Below the pieces are notes generated by a model, which did no database searches, was not told the DNA's origin, and was given only the letters and a program-made list of their open reading frames with translations. From Somniosus microcephalus (lineage: Eukaryota), in contig CM126219.1 in NCBI GenBank assembly GCA_052327205.1, positions 24,800,001 to 24,864,000 of the forward strand: DNA of 64,000 nucleotides, read 5' to 3'. The translations under genes were made by a program, and so were the position numbers. Below, one piece after another: positions 38,601 to 50,085 of this stretch (position 1 is the first letter of the stretch; every line of letters starts with the position of its first letter).

Positions 38601-41600
38601 TAAAACACATGGGCTGATGAAGGCATATATTTCATCACAAGGAGGACATAAAAAACCTGCAAAGTGACATAGACAGGCTAAGTAAGTGGGCAGAGATTTG
38701 GCAGATGGAATACAATACTGGAAAGTGTGAGGTTATGCACTTTGGCAGGAAAAATCATAGAGCAAGTTATTATCTTAATGGCAAGAAACTGGAAAGTACT
38801 GTAGTACAAAGGGATCTGGGGGTCCTGGTGCACGAAACTCAAAAAGTTAGTATGCAGGTGCAGCAAGTGATCAAGAAGGCCAATGGAATGTTGGCTTTTA
38901 TTGCTAGGGGGATAGAATATAAAAACAGGGAGGTATTGCTGCAGTTATACAAGGTATTGGTGAGACCGCACCTGGAATACTGCATACAGTTTTGGTGTTC
39001 ATACTTAAGAAAAGACATACTTGCTCTCGAGTCAGTACAAAGAAGGTTCACTCGGTTAATCCCGGGGATGAGGGGGTGGTCATATGAGGAGAGGTTGAGT
39101 AGATTGGGACTCTACTCATTGGAGTTCAGAAGAATGAGAGGCGATCTTATTGAAACATATAAGATTGTGAAGGGGCTTGATCGGGTGGATGCGGTGAGGA
39201 TGTTCCCAATGATGGGTGAAACTAGAACTAGGGGGCATAATCTTAAAATAAGGGGCTGCTCTTTCAAAACTGAGATGAGGAGAAACTTCTTCACTCAGAG
39301 GGTGGTAGGTTTGTGGAATTTGCTGCCCAGAAAGCTGTGGAAGCTACATCATTAAATAAATTTAAAACAGAAATAGATAGTTTCCTATAAGTAAGGGGAA
39401 TTAGGGGTTATGGGGAGCGGGCAGGAAATTGGACATGAGTCTAGGTTCGGAATGGCCATGGCCCTGTGGGTAGTGGAGCGGGCCCAGGGGCCGTGTAGCC
39501 TGGTTCTGCTCCTACTTCTTGTGTTCTAATTCTGTGTTAGATTTCAGGAGATGGTTTTATTCCTGTTCCTGGCTGGGGTGGAGATCGCCTTTACAGAAGG
39601 TAAGTACTGTAGAAAATATAGGGACAGAGTGATCTCCTGGAAAAGTTTCGATCGCCTAGATGGGTCGGAGAGGAATTTCCCAGATTTTTTTCTCCCAAAT
39701 TGGCCATTGGGTTTTTTATCTGGTTTTTCGCCTCTCCCGGGAGATCACGTGGGTTTGGGTGGGATGGAGAGTGATAGAAGATTTGAGGTTAGGATCAGAT
39801 CAGCCATGATCTTATTGAATGGTGGAGCAGGCTCGAGGGGCCGATTGGCCTACTCCTGCTCCTATTTCTTATGTTCTTATGTAATATTTATCACTAAAGA
39901 AGGAAACATGAGCTTCCCTAACAACTGAGTGAGCTAATGCAGAGCCTGGTGTGGTACTGAGTATTATAGACCAGCAATTTCCGGGCATGCGCTGAGCGAG
40001 CTGATCTCCTCTATGCCGGTGCTACATTTGACCTATAAGATTGAAACCAGTACTCACTGGCCCAGCTGTGGAATCTCATAGGCCGATTCGATTGTGGATT
40101 TTCCAGCAGCCACCGCAGCTGAGAGTAAGAGCCTTGGTTTCCCAATACTTTTTCCTTCTGCTTCAAAGGCTGCTCTCAGTTCCTAAAAGCCAAAAATATT
40201 GTAGTTTCCCTTATTAACCGACTTGCACAACATGGAAGCTTCAAAAGACGACCAAAGGAACATTAGGTTCCTTGTTTTGAAAATGTATCCATGGACAATA
40301 ATGAAGCATTATTGGAATCCAACAAGGTGTTGTGTCACTTTAACATTGCGATTGGTTCCAGATTTTTTTCAAGGTTTATAAAGACTATTAAAAATCTTCA
40401 CATTTGCATCCCACATTAATACAAGGGTAGCTCAATCTTCATAGCTTTGTGGATTATCATAGCTAGTCGGTAGAGCATCAGACTTTTAATCTGAGCGTCC
40501 AGGGTTCAAGTCCCTGTTCGGGTTTTGATTTTTAAACAGACTGATACCTGGGATGGTAGGAATGACGTATGAAGAGAGATTGGGTCGACTAGGCTTATAC
40601 TCGCTGGAGTTTAGAAGAATGAGAGGGGATCTCATTGAAACTTATAAAATTCTAACAGGACTAGACAGACTAGATGCAGGAAGGCTGTTCCCGATGGTGG
40701 GGGAGCCCAGAACCGGGGGTCACAGTCTAAGGATAAGGGGTAAGTCATTTAGTACAGAGATGAGGAGGAATTTCTTCACCCAGAGAGTGGTGAACCTGTG
40801 GAATTCTCTACCACAGAAGACAGTTGAGGCCAATTCATTAAATGTATTCAAGAGGGAGTTAGATATATTTTTTAAGGCTAAGGGGATCAAGAGATATGGG
40901 GAGACGGCAGGGACAGGGTACTGAATTTGGACGATCAGCCATGATCTCATTAAATGGTGGAACAGGCTCGAGGGGCCGAATGGCCTACTCCTGCTCCTAT
41001 CTTCTATGTTTCTATGTTTCTATAAGGACATGTCACTGACACTAACTTGGTAATGTGTTTCATTTACTTACTCATGTGTTGTTACATTTTTCGACAAATG
41101 ACAAATAATTTATTCTGTGGGTAGTGTTTGGTTTTTGACAGTTCTTAGACTGAGTAACTAACCAGTTAGGTGCACTCGGTCCTACCTGTGTTAGGGTTGT
41201 GAAGAGCTGCTTGTCATGCGGGGGGCTTCCTCTTGACCCGGGATACTCCCAGTCTATGTCCAAACCATCGAACCCATATTTGCGCAGGAAGCTAATCGTT
41301 GACTTTATGAATGTTTGTCGATTTTCAGCTGTGGAAACCATGGCGCTGAACCTGGAGAAGAAAGTTAAAGTAAAATCCTCATTGAGAACAATGACTGGCT
41401 GTGAAACGACGGTGACATTTATTTTGCTCGTTTCTCTTCGAGTCTCCTACATATGTTTTTTGGAGTTTGGTGACTCTTGCCAACATATGTTAAGAAGCAA
41501 AACAATATTTGTTAGTCAATTGTTCTCATTTTATTTCATGAAGATTTTGAAAAAAATTGTTTCCCGATACAACAAATGTTTCCATCTTACTTTTGAGTTC

Positions 41601-44581
41601 CAAAGTTCCAGCCTCCGACAGAGAGAAGTGTTTTAAGGTTTCCATTCCTGTGGCAAATTAAACAAATACAGTAGTTGCTTTAGAAAAAATAGTGAATGTA
41701 ATAAAACACATTCAATAATATGAGAATAATTACTGAAATTACTCTAAAATATCACAGGCCTAATCCCTTTAGTACTCTCACTTTGATAATAAATCTAATT
41801 GAGGTTCAGTTTCTCAGTCCAGTGGTTATAGTTCACTGGTGTATGAACACAATGTACAACAAGGTGATAGGGCCCTGATTTGTACTTTAGTGCAAGTTTG
41901 TAATTTCCTCTACGGCAGTTTCCTATTCTTCGCTGAGTTGTTAAGTGGATGTGTGATGCTGCCTCACAGGGAGCAGAGGTCAGTGAATAAGTCGCCCTTG
42001 CACTGAACTTATGCATCTCTTAGTGGCCACACAACAGGACTGGCACAGCTCTAGGGCCACATTGCTTGCTGGTCCTCACAGAATGGAAATGATAAGAGGA
42101 ACTTAAACAAGGGGAATATAAATGCAGAGCAATACATCTTTTGTAGAAGACTATATACTATGCAGTTGATTAAAACAAGACTTAGAATTTGGGAGTTAGT
42201 TACAGATGTACAGTACCTGGATTTAAGAGCATTGAATGATTTGTAGAGAGTCACGTCATTCCATTCAATAGTGACGATTTCATTGTTGTTCATACCAGCA
42301 AAAGCATAGATCAGGTGAGTGCACATGCAAGGGTCCACATCATCTGGCATGTAACTTGCTACTCCTGGTCTATACTGAGCCCAGTTTGCAAAGTAACAAG
42401 CCAGTCTGTAGGCAGAGCCTGTGAGTGGGGAGAAGTGGAAATCAGGACAGCGCTTCTACTCATTGCATTGAATAAAGAAACACTTGGAATGCACAAAGAC
42501 TTACCCAGTTCCAGGCAGGCCAACAAGAGCACCGCTACAATAAAGAATATAGGATAAGTGTTAGAATTATGATCAAATGCTGCCTGAAGGTTCAGAGATT
42601 CCCAGTAGTATTTATGCCCAAGTTGTTAAGGTTACACTTTAAGCTCGAGTTTCTCAGCCCAATGAAGCAGTGCACTGATACACGAATGTGTCAGGATTGG
42701 CTTCCTGACCTGAGCTGTTGTGATGAGGTGCTCAGTGCATTAATGTATCATTGACATGTATTTGTTTAAGTAAACCTGGCATGGCAGCAAGGTTATATTA
42801 ATGACTGAACTTGCTGAATAATAGTTGCTCAGCAATTACGACATGGGACACTAGTGTACAAAGGCTTAATGCGTTTGTCTGAAATACTCTGTCCACTATT
42901 TTAGCAAAAGTATAACACACTTTATTTCTATGCCTTCATACAAACAGGTTAAAACATTCCGACACTGGTTTCCGATGGAGGCCCATTGATTTATAAAGTA
43001 CTTTTCTGAAACAATGTTATCAGTGTTGCAAATAGGTCAAAATTATAAGGACTGCACTTTATTTAAATATTATCACCTCACACTTAGCTTTCAATGGATG
43101 TTAAAGTTAGACATGACAGGAAGACATAGCGTAAGAATATAAATATATGGAGTGGGAAAAGACCAGTTGGTCCACTGGGCTAACTTCTTTAGGTTGTCCT
43201 TCTATAATTTGCTCTCACAAATGTATTTAATCTCTAGGATCATGATTTCAAGATGATTTCTCCCTGAACCTGGCAATAATCAAGCAAAAACTCTTAGATA
43301 TTAATCTAACAGAACAGCAACAACAACAACTTGTATTTATATACCACCTTTAACATAGTAAAATGTCCCAAGGCGCTTCACAGGAACATTATCAAACAAA
43401 ATTTGACACTGAGCTGCATAAGAAGATATTAGGACAGATGTGCAAAGGCTTGGTCAAAGAGGTAGGTTTTAGGGAGTGTCTTAAAGGAGGTTAGTCAGGT
43501 AAAGAGGTGGAGAGGTTTAGGGGGGAATTCCAGAGCTTAGGGCCTAGGCAGCTTACAGGCACGGCTGCTAATGGTGGAGCGATAAAAATCGGGGATGGGC
43601 AAGAGGCCAGAATTGGAGGAGCGCAGATATCTCGGAGGGTTGTAGGGCTGGAGCAAGTTACAGAGATAGGGAGGGGCGAGGCCATGGAGGGATTTGAAAA
43701 CAAGGACTAGAATTTTAAAATTGAGGCGTTGCCGGTCTAGGAACCAATGTAGGTCAGCGAGCCCAGGGGTGATGGGTGAAAGGTACTTGGTGAGAGTTAG
43801 GATACGGGCAGCAAAGTTTTGGATGAGCTGAAGTTTATGTAGAGTGGAGGATGGGCGGACGGCAGGAGAGCGTTGGAATAGTCAAGTCTAGAGGTAACAA
43901 AGGCAAGGATGAGGGTTTCAGCTGCAGATGAACAATCTAAGTTATATAAACCTGCCCAGTCCCATTTTATGGGAGTGGCAAATAACAAGGTGTGAAACTT
44001 TTAATTATGCATTTGTACGCAGGGACATTGCAATCTCAAAGGACAATACCTTTGGTTAAATAAATAGAAATTAAATCACAAATGACTGCAGTTCACTGAA
44101 TCATTTCATCTTGTAACTGTTGACATGTTTTTACACCTTTTACTACGTGTAGAGTCCACACTTACCTTCTGTATAAAGTGTTGCGGGACGTCTGTTGTTT
44201 GCAGAATCAGATTACATGCAGTTTGAAGTAAGGAGTGCGCAAATAGTTTATTTTCAGGAATAAATTGTGAAATTTCTTGGTAAATTCCTCAGCAGGCGAA
44301 GCTATGCAATACTGCATGTTATTCACCAAACAGGAATGATCTAAATCAGCATAAAACTCACTGCATTAAACTGAGACAAAATAAGTATGTAATCTGAAGA
44401 GCTTTTGCTGTGAGAAAAGGACAAAAACATTCACTAAGAATTGATTTCTTTACAATTAAATTGGGAAAGGAGTGTTCACTTTGTTCATTTAATTCCTGAA
44501 TCTTTTGTAAAAATCCTACGATATAAAATATATCTAAATGAAAAAAGCAAACTCACCTGTCTTGAGTATAAATGTTGTCAT
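32358..44581 (-). CDS. chia: GH18 chitinase, acidic mammalian chitinase/chitotriosidase-like; 11 coding exons, 1434 nt, 477 aa: join(44581-44557,42534-42505,42418-42217,41647-41591,41351-41186,40182-40058,37178-37055,36942-36760,35633-35517,34724-34586,32623-32358)
   Basis: All introns are GT-AG with consistent phases. Exon sizes 25/30/202/57/166/125/124/183/117/139/266 match the vertebrate CHIA layout. Protein has a signal peptide [38 protein letters not shown], catalytic [27 protein letters not shown] and a C-terminal 6-Cys CBM14. Exact orthology (chia vs chit1) is not resolved. Confidence 0.93.
32710..33331. mobile_element. non-autonomous Harbinger-type element in chitinase intron 10 (also in the paralog at 1-345)
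   Basis: Imperfect TIR GGGGGCGAATTTC / GAAAATCGCTCCC; TSD ATT. Confidence 0.7.
33612..33712. mobile_element. Penelope-like pseudo-LTR fragment with head-to-head inversion
   Basis: tcaggcagtatctgtggagagagaaacagagttaacgtttc joined to tgacctgctgagtatttccagcattttc. Confidence 0.55.
33713..33985 (-). mobile_element. CR1 3' ORF2 fragment
   Basis: ORF 33644-33946 ...[12 protein letters not shown]... Confidence 0.75.
34586..34724 (-). CDS. chia: chitinase exon 10
   Basis: [38 protein letters not shown]..., 139 nt. Confidence 0.95.
35517..35633 (-). CDS. chia: chitinase exon 9
   Basis: [39 protein letters not shown], 117 nt. Confidence 0.95.
36275..36590 (+). mobile_element. degenerate CR1 3' fragment
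   Basis: ttcttcacacagaga...tggaat motif and CR1-like tail. Confidence 0.55.
36760..36942 (-). CDS. chia: chitinase exon 8
   Basis: [17 protein letters not shown]...GFPAYGHTF...GFLAYFE, 183 nt. Confidence 0.95.
37055..37178 (-). CDS. chia: chitinase exon 7
   Basis: [27 protein letters not shown]...YFNM, 124 nt. Confidence 0.95.
38255..39882 (+). mobile_element. 5'-truncated CR1 (RT to 3' tail), interrupted by a solo LTR
   Basis: [18 protein letters not shown] 38705-39355, (TTCTTATG)n tail. Confidence 0.9.
38401..38639 (-). mobile_element. solo LTR (239 bp)
   Basis: TG...CA ends; 5-bp TSD AGGAG; removal restores the CR1 sequence; TATAAA on the minus strand. Confidence 0.85.
40058..40182 (-). 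CDS. chia: chitinase exon 6
   Basis: [41 protein letters not shown], 125 nt. Confidence 0.95.
40421..40523 (+). tRNA. tRNA-Lys(UUU)-derived pseudogene with a 31-nt insertion in the D-loop
   Basis: GTCGGTAGAGCATCAGACTTTTAATCTGAGcGTCCAGGGTTCAAGTCCCTGTTCGGG matches vertebrate tRNA-Lys-TTT with one substitution; anticodon TTT 40485-40487; B box 40503-40513; T runs at 40523-40533; acceptor stem only partly paired. Confidence 0.85.
40535..41023 (+). mobile_element. 5'-truncated CR1 directly following the tRNA-like sequence
   Basis: ORF 40553-40924 ([14 protein letters not shown]...); (TTTCTATG)n tail. Confidence 0.9.
41186..41351 (-). CDS. chia: chitinase exon 5 (catalytic motif)
   Basis: [14 protein letters not shown]...[17 protein letters not shown]..., 166 nt. 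Confidence 0.96.
41591..41647 (-). CDS. chia: chitinase exon 4
   Basis: [19 protein letters not shown], 57 nt. Confidence 0.95.
42217..42418 (-). CDS. chia: chitinase exon 3
   Basis: [18 protein letters not shown]...[14 protein letters not shown]...ALKSR, 202 nt. Confidence 0.95.
42505..42534 (-). CDS. chia: chitinase exon 2 (signal peptide, [11 protein letters not shown])
   Basis: 30-nt exon, tgtag| acceptor and |gtaagt donor. Confidence 0.88.
43316..43932 (-). mobile_element. L2-type LINE 3' end
   Basis: [21 protein letters not shown]; (TTG)n tail. Confidence 0.8.
44557..44581 (-). CDS. chia: chitinase exon 1 (MTTFILKT)
   Basis: ATG about 37 nt downstream of TATATAAA; 25 nt; donor G|GTGAGT. 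Confidence 0.85.
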
Positions 44582-44617
44582 CTTGCAGCTGGTGTATTGA
44601 GGGCACCCGGCTTCCCC

Positions 44618-44636
44618 TTTATATACTGAGCTTATC
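44618..44636 (-). promoter_or_regulatory. chitinase core promoter: TATATAAA box with adjacent GATA site (GATAAG)
   Basis: Minus strand reads GATAAGctcagTATATAAAgggg about 37 nt before the ATG; further GATA motifs near 44744-44770. Confidence 0.7.
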
Positions 44637-45639
44637 GCTATTTATTCATAACTTTGTCTGTTGAGAGCTTTACAGCTTTGAAAAAGTAACCAGCCATGCC
44701 TTTGTTATTTACAACGAAATATAAACATACTTTAGCGCTTGTCTTGATAATTGTATTGTGAGCTTTATCTTGAAAAATGCCTTTAGTTCCAGCTAGAAGG
44801 TTGTCCTTCATTGTAACCCTGCACTTGTATTTGTGCTGGAAATAGCGCTCTGAAAACTAGAAGTATGGGAGGGTCTTCTGGTGAAGTTTGGGGAAGAAGT
44901 GTCCAAATAAAGGTAGAGAAGGGTATTCTCCTTGAAGGTGCGCAGACCAACATGAGGTACCAGGCTAAGAGCAGATGAGGAAGTTGCTTGGAAAATGCCA
45001 GGCGGCAAGTGATCACATGGCTAGCATGAGGTTGGAGTCTAGTTGGTGCCAATGTGCTGTAGAATCATGAGGATAGTTTCAGGAGAGCAGTAGACAACTT
45101 GTGAAAAAAGCACAAATTAGGGTGGTGAACCCATGTTGGGCTTGTGGCCATGTGCCAAGAGATAACCATGCAACTTGTGATGAAAGTACAGGATAGGATG
45201 TAAAGTGACTATCAGGTTTGAATGAGGAAAATAACGTGCCAAGTCAGCTTCGATATGGTATGCTAGTTATGCATAAGTCTGTGTGCCAACAAACACCAAA
45301 CAAAGATGGGCATAAGGTTATCATGAGTAAGCTGTTCAAGAGTTAAAGGGTGGGGAGTAGGGGAACTTCAAGGTAAGATATTGTATTGGAGTGAATCCTG
45401 ATGTAAAAGCGTCAAAATGGTATCACTTGGTGCCGATACCAGCTTTGAGATCGGTTGAAGTTGCCAAGCAAACATCAAGTCGGTGCCACATGAGCCTGGG
45501 GTAGCCCAGCCTGCTGAACCCTGAGACAAATGATAGGGTGTTAGGTCAGCACTAGGTGGGCTAGACAAGCCTGAGACAAGCTAGCGCATAAGCCAGGAGA
45601 ATCTGTTAAAAAAGGGGATACAGTCAGCAGGAAGACATA

Positions 45640-47317
45640 GGCCGGGATTTGCCTTACCTCGGCAAGTCCGGGGCAGGCGATGTTGGCGGTGGGTCGCGGC
45701 CCCGCTGCTGGCTCCATCCCGCTGTCTAAAATGAACTAATGTTGATTGGGCTTGTTAAGCCTGCCAGCGCGTTTCCTGGCCCAATTGGAGGAAGCGGGTC
45801 TGCTGAAATCATTCATGACGCGTCATCAACTGGTTTCCTTAAAGGGACCATGGCCACCTTACTTTTGACATTTGTGCTGTCAGTGTTCTGCAGCATTGAG
45901 GTGCTGCAAACACTGACAATCACTGCACAGAGGCAGAGGGCTGCACCCAGGTTCTCCCATGACTCCCTCCATATGCGTATGGAGGGAGTCACAGCACGCA
46001 GGGAGGTCCTCTTCCCTTCCCATGGGTGGAAGAGACCTCCCCAGGAGACCAAGACAGCCTGGTTGCACATTGCACAGGAGGGCACACGCAGGGATGTCGT
46101 CAGGAGGACCTGGGTGCAGTGGCGCAAACCTTTCAATTATCTCATTAAATCACGAAACGTTAGTACAAAGCCACACTCACCTTCATCCTGCTGTACTTCT
46201 CATCACATCCCCATCACTCTGCCTTCCCTGCCCTACCCCTGCACATCCTTACTCACACCAACTTAACTTGCACCTCCACCCATCCCTCTCTTCTCTATCT
46301 ACACTATCACATCCCCATCTCACTAGCCACCCCTCACACTCACCTTCATCCTAGTGCAATCAAACCAACTAACAACACACAAGGGTAGCCACTTAAGTGT
46401 TTTATCTAATGTTCATGTAAAGTTTCTGTTGTGCTGTCAAACATTGAAACCTTTATTTTCATTCTTGGACAGATTTGTGTGCTCCTTTGGAAGTGGCTTA
46501 GTGCGTTGCAGTGAATGGTGAAACATAATGGAACCCCCCGCAATGGAGATGAGTGTGAAAGGAATTGCTTGGGCATTGTAGGGATGCTTTATGGTGTTGC
46601 GTGGGGTGGTGCCAACCTGGCACATCATGTGGCAGCTAGGGTGTACAGTGTCAAGGGAAGTAAATGTGGCCATGGTGAGGCCATCCCTGACCTCCCGGGC
46701 AGCAATGTGCTCGGGTGCTGATGCCCTCTGTCCTGTGCAGCATCAGGTGATTGCAGAGAAGGTTGGTGTTGTTATTGGTGCTGTTGGTGTGCCTGGTGCT
46801 GCTGGTGTTGGGGCTGATCCTGGTCAGATTCTGAGGACCAAGGAGAGACAGTAAAAAGGGCACCTATGTCGATGGAATAGATGGCAGGTGAAGTAGAGAT
46901 GAGAGAAACATTCTGTCAATGGTGAGAGAGTTCTTCCTATGAGGTGACAGTGGATGGAGAGTGGAAAGTGGAAAGCCTGCAGAATCTGTCTGGGAAATGA
47001 ACTGAGAAACAGCTTCTGCCTGAGGCAAGTGATCATCTGTCAGGTGGGAGCTTTTACTGTACATTTGAAGCTGTCAAGCAATCAGCTGGAGCAATGGTCA
47101 TTCAATTCCGGCCTTAGGTTCACAGACGTGGTCCCCGAGCTGCGTGGGCGAGCAGTTAAATTTAAAAGGTTAGGTTAAAAGCATTATTAAGGGTCTGTCA
47201 ACAACCCAATAACTGGTTTAATTGGGTCGCCAATTCTGACCTGCTGTCAAAAAAAATCTAATTTCCCACCTGACCTGCCACTGATCCCGCCCACTGACAC
47301 CCCAGGAAATTCTGGCC
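45640..47317. mobile_element. internally deleted Harbinger element with a Myb/SANT remnant (+, about 45925-46160)
   Basis: Imperfect TIR GGCCGGGATTTGCC / GGAAATTCTGGCC; TSD ATA; AAPRFS..SL...RREVLFP...AW..IA...RRTW.Q.RK.FN. Confidence 0.8.
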
Positions 47318-47467
47318 ATAATCTCGGAAATGGAAAAGGAACAGAAATAAGTATAATTTAGGTAAACAGCTGACAAAGGTGTGAGAGTGAACAACAGTTG
47401 CTTAAGGTAATAAATTGTTGTACTGTAAGTTGTTTTTAGTAGTATAACCTCCCTGGTGGTACGTCAC

Positions 47468-47890
47468 CTTGGCCCAGTGGTAGCACTCTCACCCATGAGT
47501 CAGAAGATTGTGGGTTCAAACCATACTCTAAAATCAGAGTTCAGAATCTAGGCAGACATTTCAGTGCAATACTGAAGGAGTGCTACATTGTGAGATGTTA
47601 AACCAAGGACCTATCTGTTTCTTCAGGTGGATACACAAGATCCCATGGCACTATTTGAAGAAGAGTAGAGGAGTTCCCCCAGTGTCCAGGCCAATATTCC
47701 TCCTTCTACTACCACCGTCAAAAAGGCCCACATTATCTGGTCATTTATCACATTTGCTGTTGGTGGGGTCTTCATGTAAGTTGGCTGCTGCATTTGCCAA
47801 CAATAGTGACTACGCTTCAAAAGTAATGGATTATTGATGCAGTGCTTTGGGATGTCCTGAGGACTTAAAAGGCACTATCTAAATGCTGGA
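47468..47890 (+). mobile_element. SacSINE1-like SINE
   Basis: A and B boxes (tggcccagtgg, gggttcaaa); core gatcccatggcactattt; L2-type tail. Confidence 0.75.
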
Positions 47891-48388
47891 TCTTTTATTG
47901 TTACACTGGCACTGTCTGCTGAGGTATTAGACGAGGATCTCAGATTCAGGCCCTGGTCTCTGTTGGGTCAGTTGCTCTCAGCCAGGATGTCCGCAAGGGG
48001 GGTGCTAAAATTGTTCACAGCGCTTCTGAGTTAGTGAGGGCAAAGATAAACCAGGGTTCTTGCTCCTGGTGTCATGTGAGTGGATGTCAGGTGAGGATAG
48101 AATCAAGCCCAGGTATGGAGTGCAACGTGGATTTCCAATACTTGGATTGCCAAAACACACGCATGAAGAATGGATGAGATATCAGAAGGCAACTGGCACA
48201 CCGGGACTAAAAAACGGTGTCAGTAAAAGTGACCATTAAGCTGTCGCATTGCTGTAAAAACCCAACTGGTTCACTAATGCCTCTTAAGGAAGAACAGCTG
48301 CCATCCTTTAGACAGTGTGCAGCAACAAAACAAGTGCAAATAAGCTTTAGCGACCCGGAAACCAATAATGCACCCCAATGATGGGAAC

Positions 48389-48760
48389 TGTAGCATAGAG
48401 GTTATGTTACTGGGCGAGTAATCCAGAGACCTGGACAAATAATCTGAAGTTAGATGTGAGTTCAAATCCCACCAGGGCAGCTGTGGAATTTAAATTCAGT
48501 TAATTAAATAAATCTGGAATAAAAAGCTAGTATCAGTAATGGTGACCATGAAACTATCGGATTGTTGTAAAAACCCATCTGATTCACTAATGTCCTTTAG
48601 AGAAGGAAATCTGCCGTCCTTACCCGGTCTGGCCTATATGTGACTCCAATCTCATACTAATGTGGTTCACGTGTAACTGCCTTCTGAAGTGGCCTCGCAA
48701 GGAATGGGCAATAAATGCTGACCTTGCCAGCAATGTCCACATCATGAGGCTAAATAAAGA
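48389..48760 (+). mobile_element. tRNA-derived SINE (second family)
   Basis: B box gagttcaaatccc; tail shared with 25660-25826; partial extra copy at 48215-48310. Confidence 0.6.
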
Positions 48761-50085
48761 AAGTACTCCAGGATAGGTCCGTGCCATCAGGTGAGAAGTG
48801 GAAGCAAGGAACAGCATGGTTGGATATAGTTATTTGGAAAAATTATTTATAAAAATTGCCTTATAGTACACACACAAAAGTGACTGCTTATACTTGTACC
48901 TCTTTATTGTTTACATTGGAGATCTAAGTATGCTTTGTGCACATAATTGTGATTAGCATCTAATTCCTTCTGAAGTTTGATTGCCCTTCAATCTGAGGTG
49001 ATTAGTAACAATAGTTTGCAACCCTACCCCGCACTGTACCTGTTTTTTGCACTGAGAGAAATGGCATTCTGGGAATTTAGGAGCAGAGAGTTTTAGTGAC
49101 AGTAGAAAAGTCATTTTTTCCCCCCTGTTGAGGATGACCAGGCCGATTATAGATACTGGGCCAAGTGTGCATTGGCAAGGAGCCCGACATAATGCCACTG
49201 CTCATTGGGGCAACAAAGTTTCAACCAAGCAATTTTAGAAAAAACCTAAGGAGCATTTCAGGAGAGGGATAGGGAGGATGTGAGAGAAGCACAAAGCTGA
49301 CTGGCAAGGATGCTTTGGGTACATGTTAGGCTCTTGATAGATAATGAGTGAACAAATGATAAGGAATGGTATGAAGTAAGCACCTGATCCAAGTTGGGTT
49401 AACAGCAGGGTGCTGGGAGAGTCCCAGATAATGAGAGAAAAATACATGGCATGATGCCAACTAACTTTTAGATATTTGTTGGGTTTAATATACAACTTTT
49501 TGTAGTATATTATAATGGAAATATTCATGACGCTATTATATATATATAATAATAGCGATTTATTCAATGATATCATTACCTGGTTGCTTATTTAGAATGA
49601 TAGTCTTAAAGCTACAAGCTAGGCTAATTATATTCACACTGTGTTCCCGATCCAAGACTACCCATGAGCAATGCCACGGGAGGTCTCCCAATCTATATAA
49701 AAGTTTTAAGAGCGCCTGTGACACTTCAGATATTAAACATTAAAAAGTCTCAAAAATGTTGGCGGGGTGTGGGGGTGGGGGGGAAGGAAAAGACAGGTAG
49801 ATACTTCAGACTTCGGTTAAGTACAGACCGTTTAGATTTGAGAAAGGAAACTTGCTGACTGATCTGGTGCCATGAATTTATAAGCACCTGGTAATCTACA
49901 AACCCCCTTTACTAACAATAGTTAACCCAGAATTGATCTGAGGAGGTTTACAGCAAGAAGTTTTTGTGCAGTATGTGGTATAATGCTCCTGCCATTACAA
50001 AACAGCATATCAGCAGATTAATATTAACAGCACCGCAGGTGATTCACTATTTAAAAATACATGTCCAGTTGTGTTAAAACCACTT

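Noticed and set aside
40421-40523. Functional tRNA-Lys gene with a tRNA intron
   Set aside because: The insert is in the D-loop, not at the canonical 37/38 site, the acceptor stem is mismatched and the insert matches a host exon.
44166-44191. Extra 26-nt exon in chitinase intron 1 (perfect AAG|GTAAGT donor)
   Set aside because: No polypyrimidine tract, it would shift the frame, and the CDS is complete without it.
47925-48200. LF-SINE-like conserved element
   Set aside because: The resemblance is from memory only and the sequence is too degenerate to support without an alignment.
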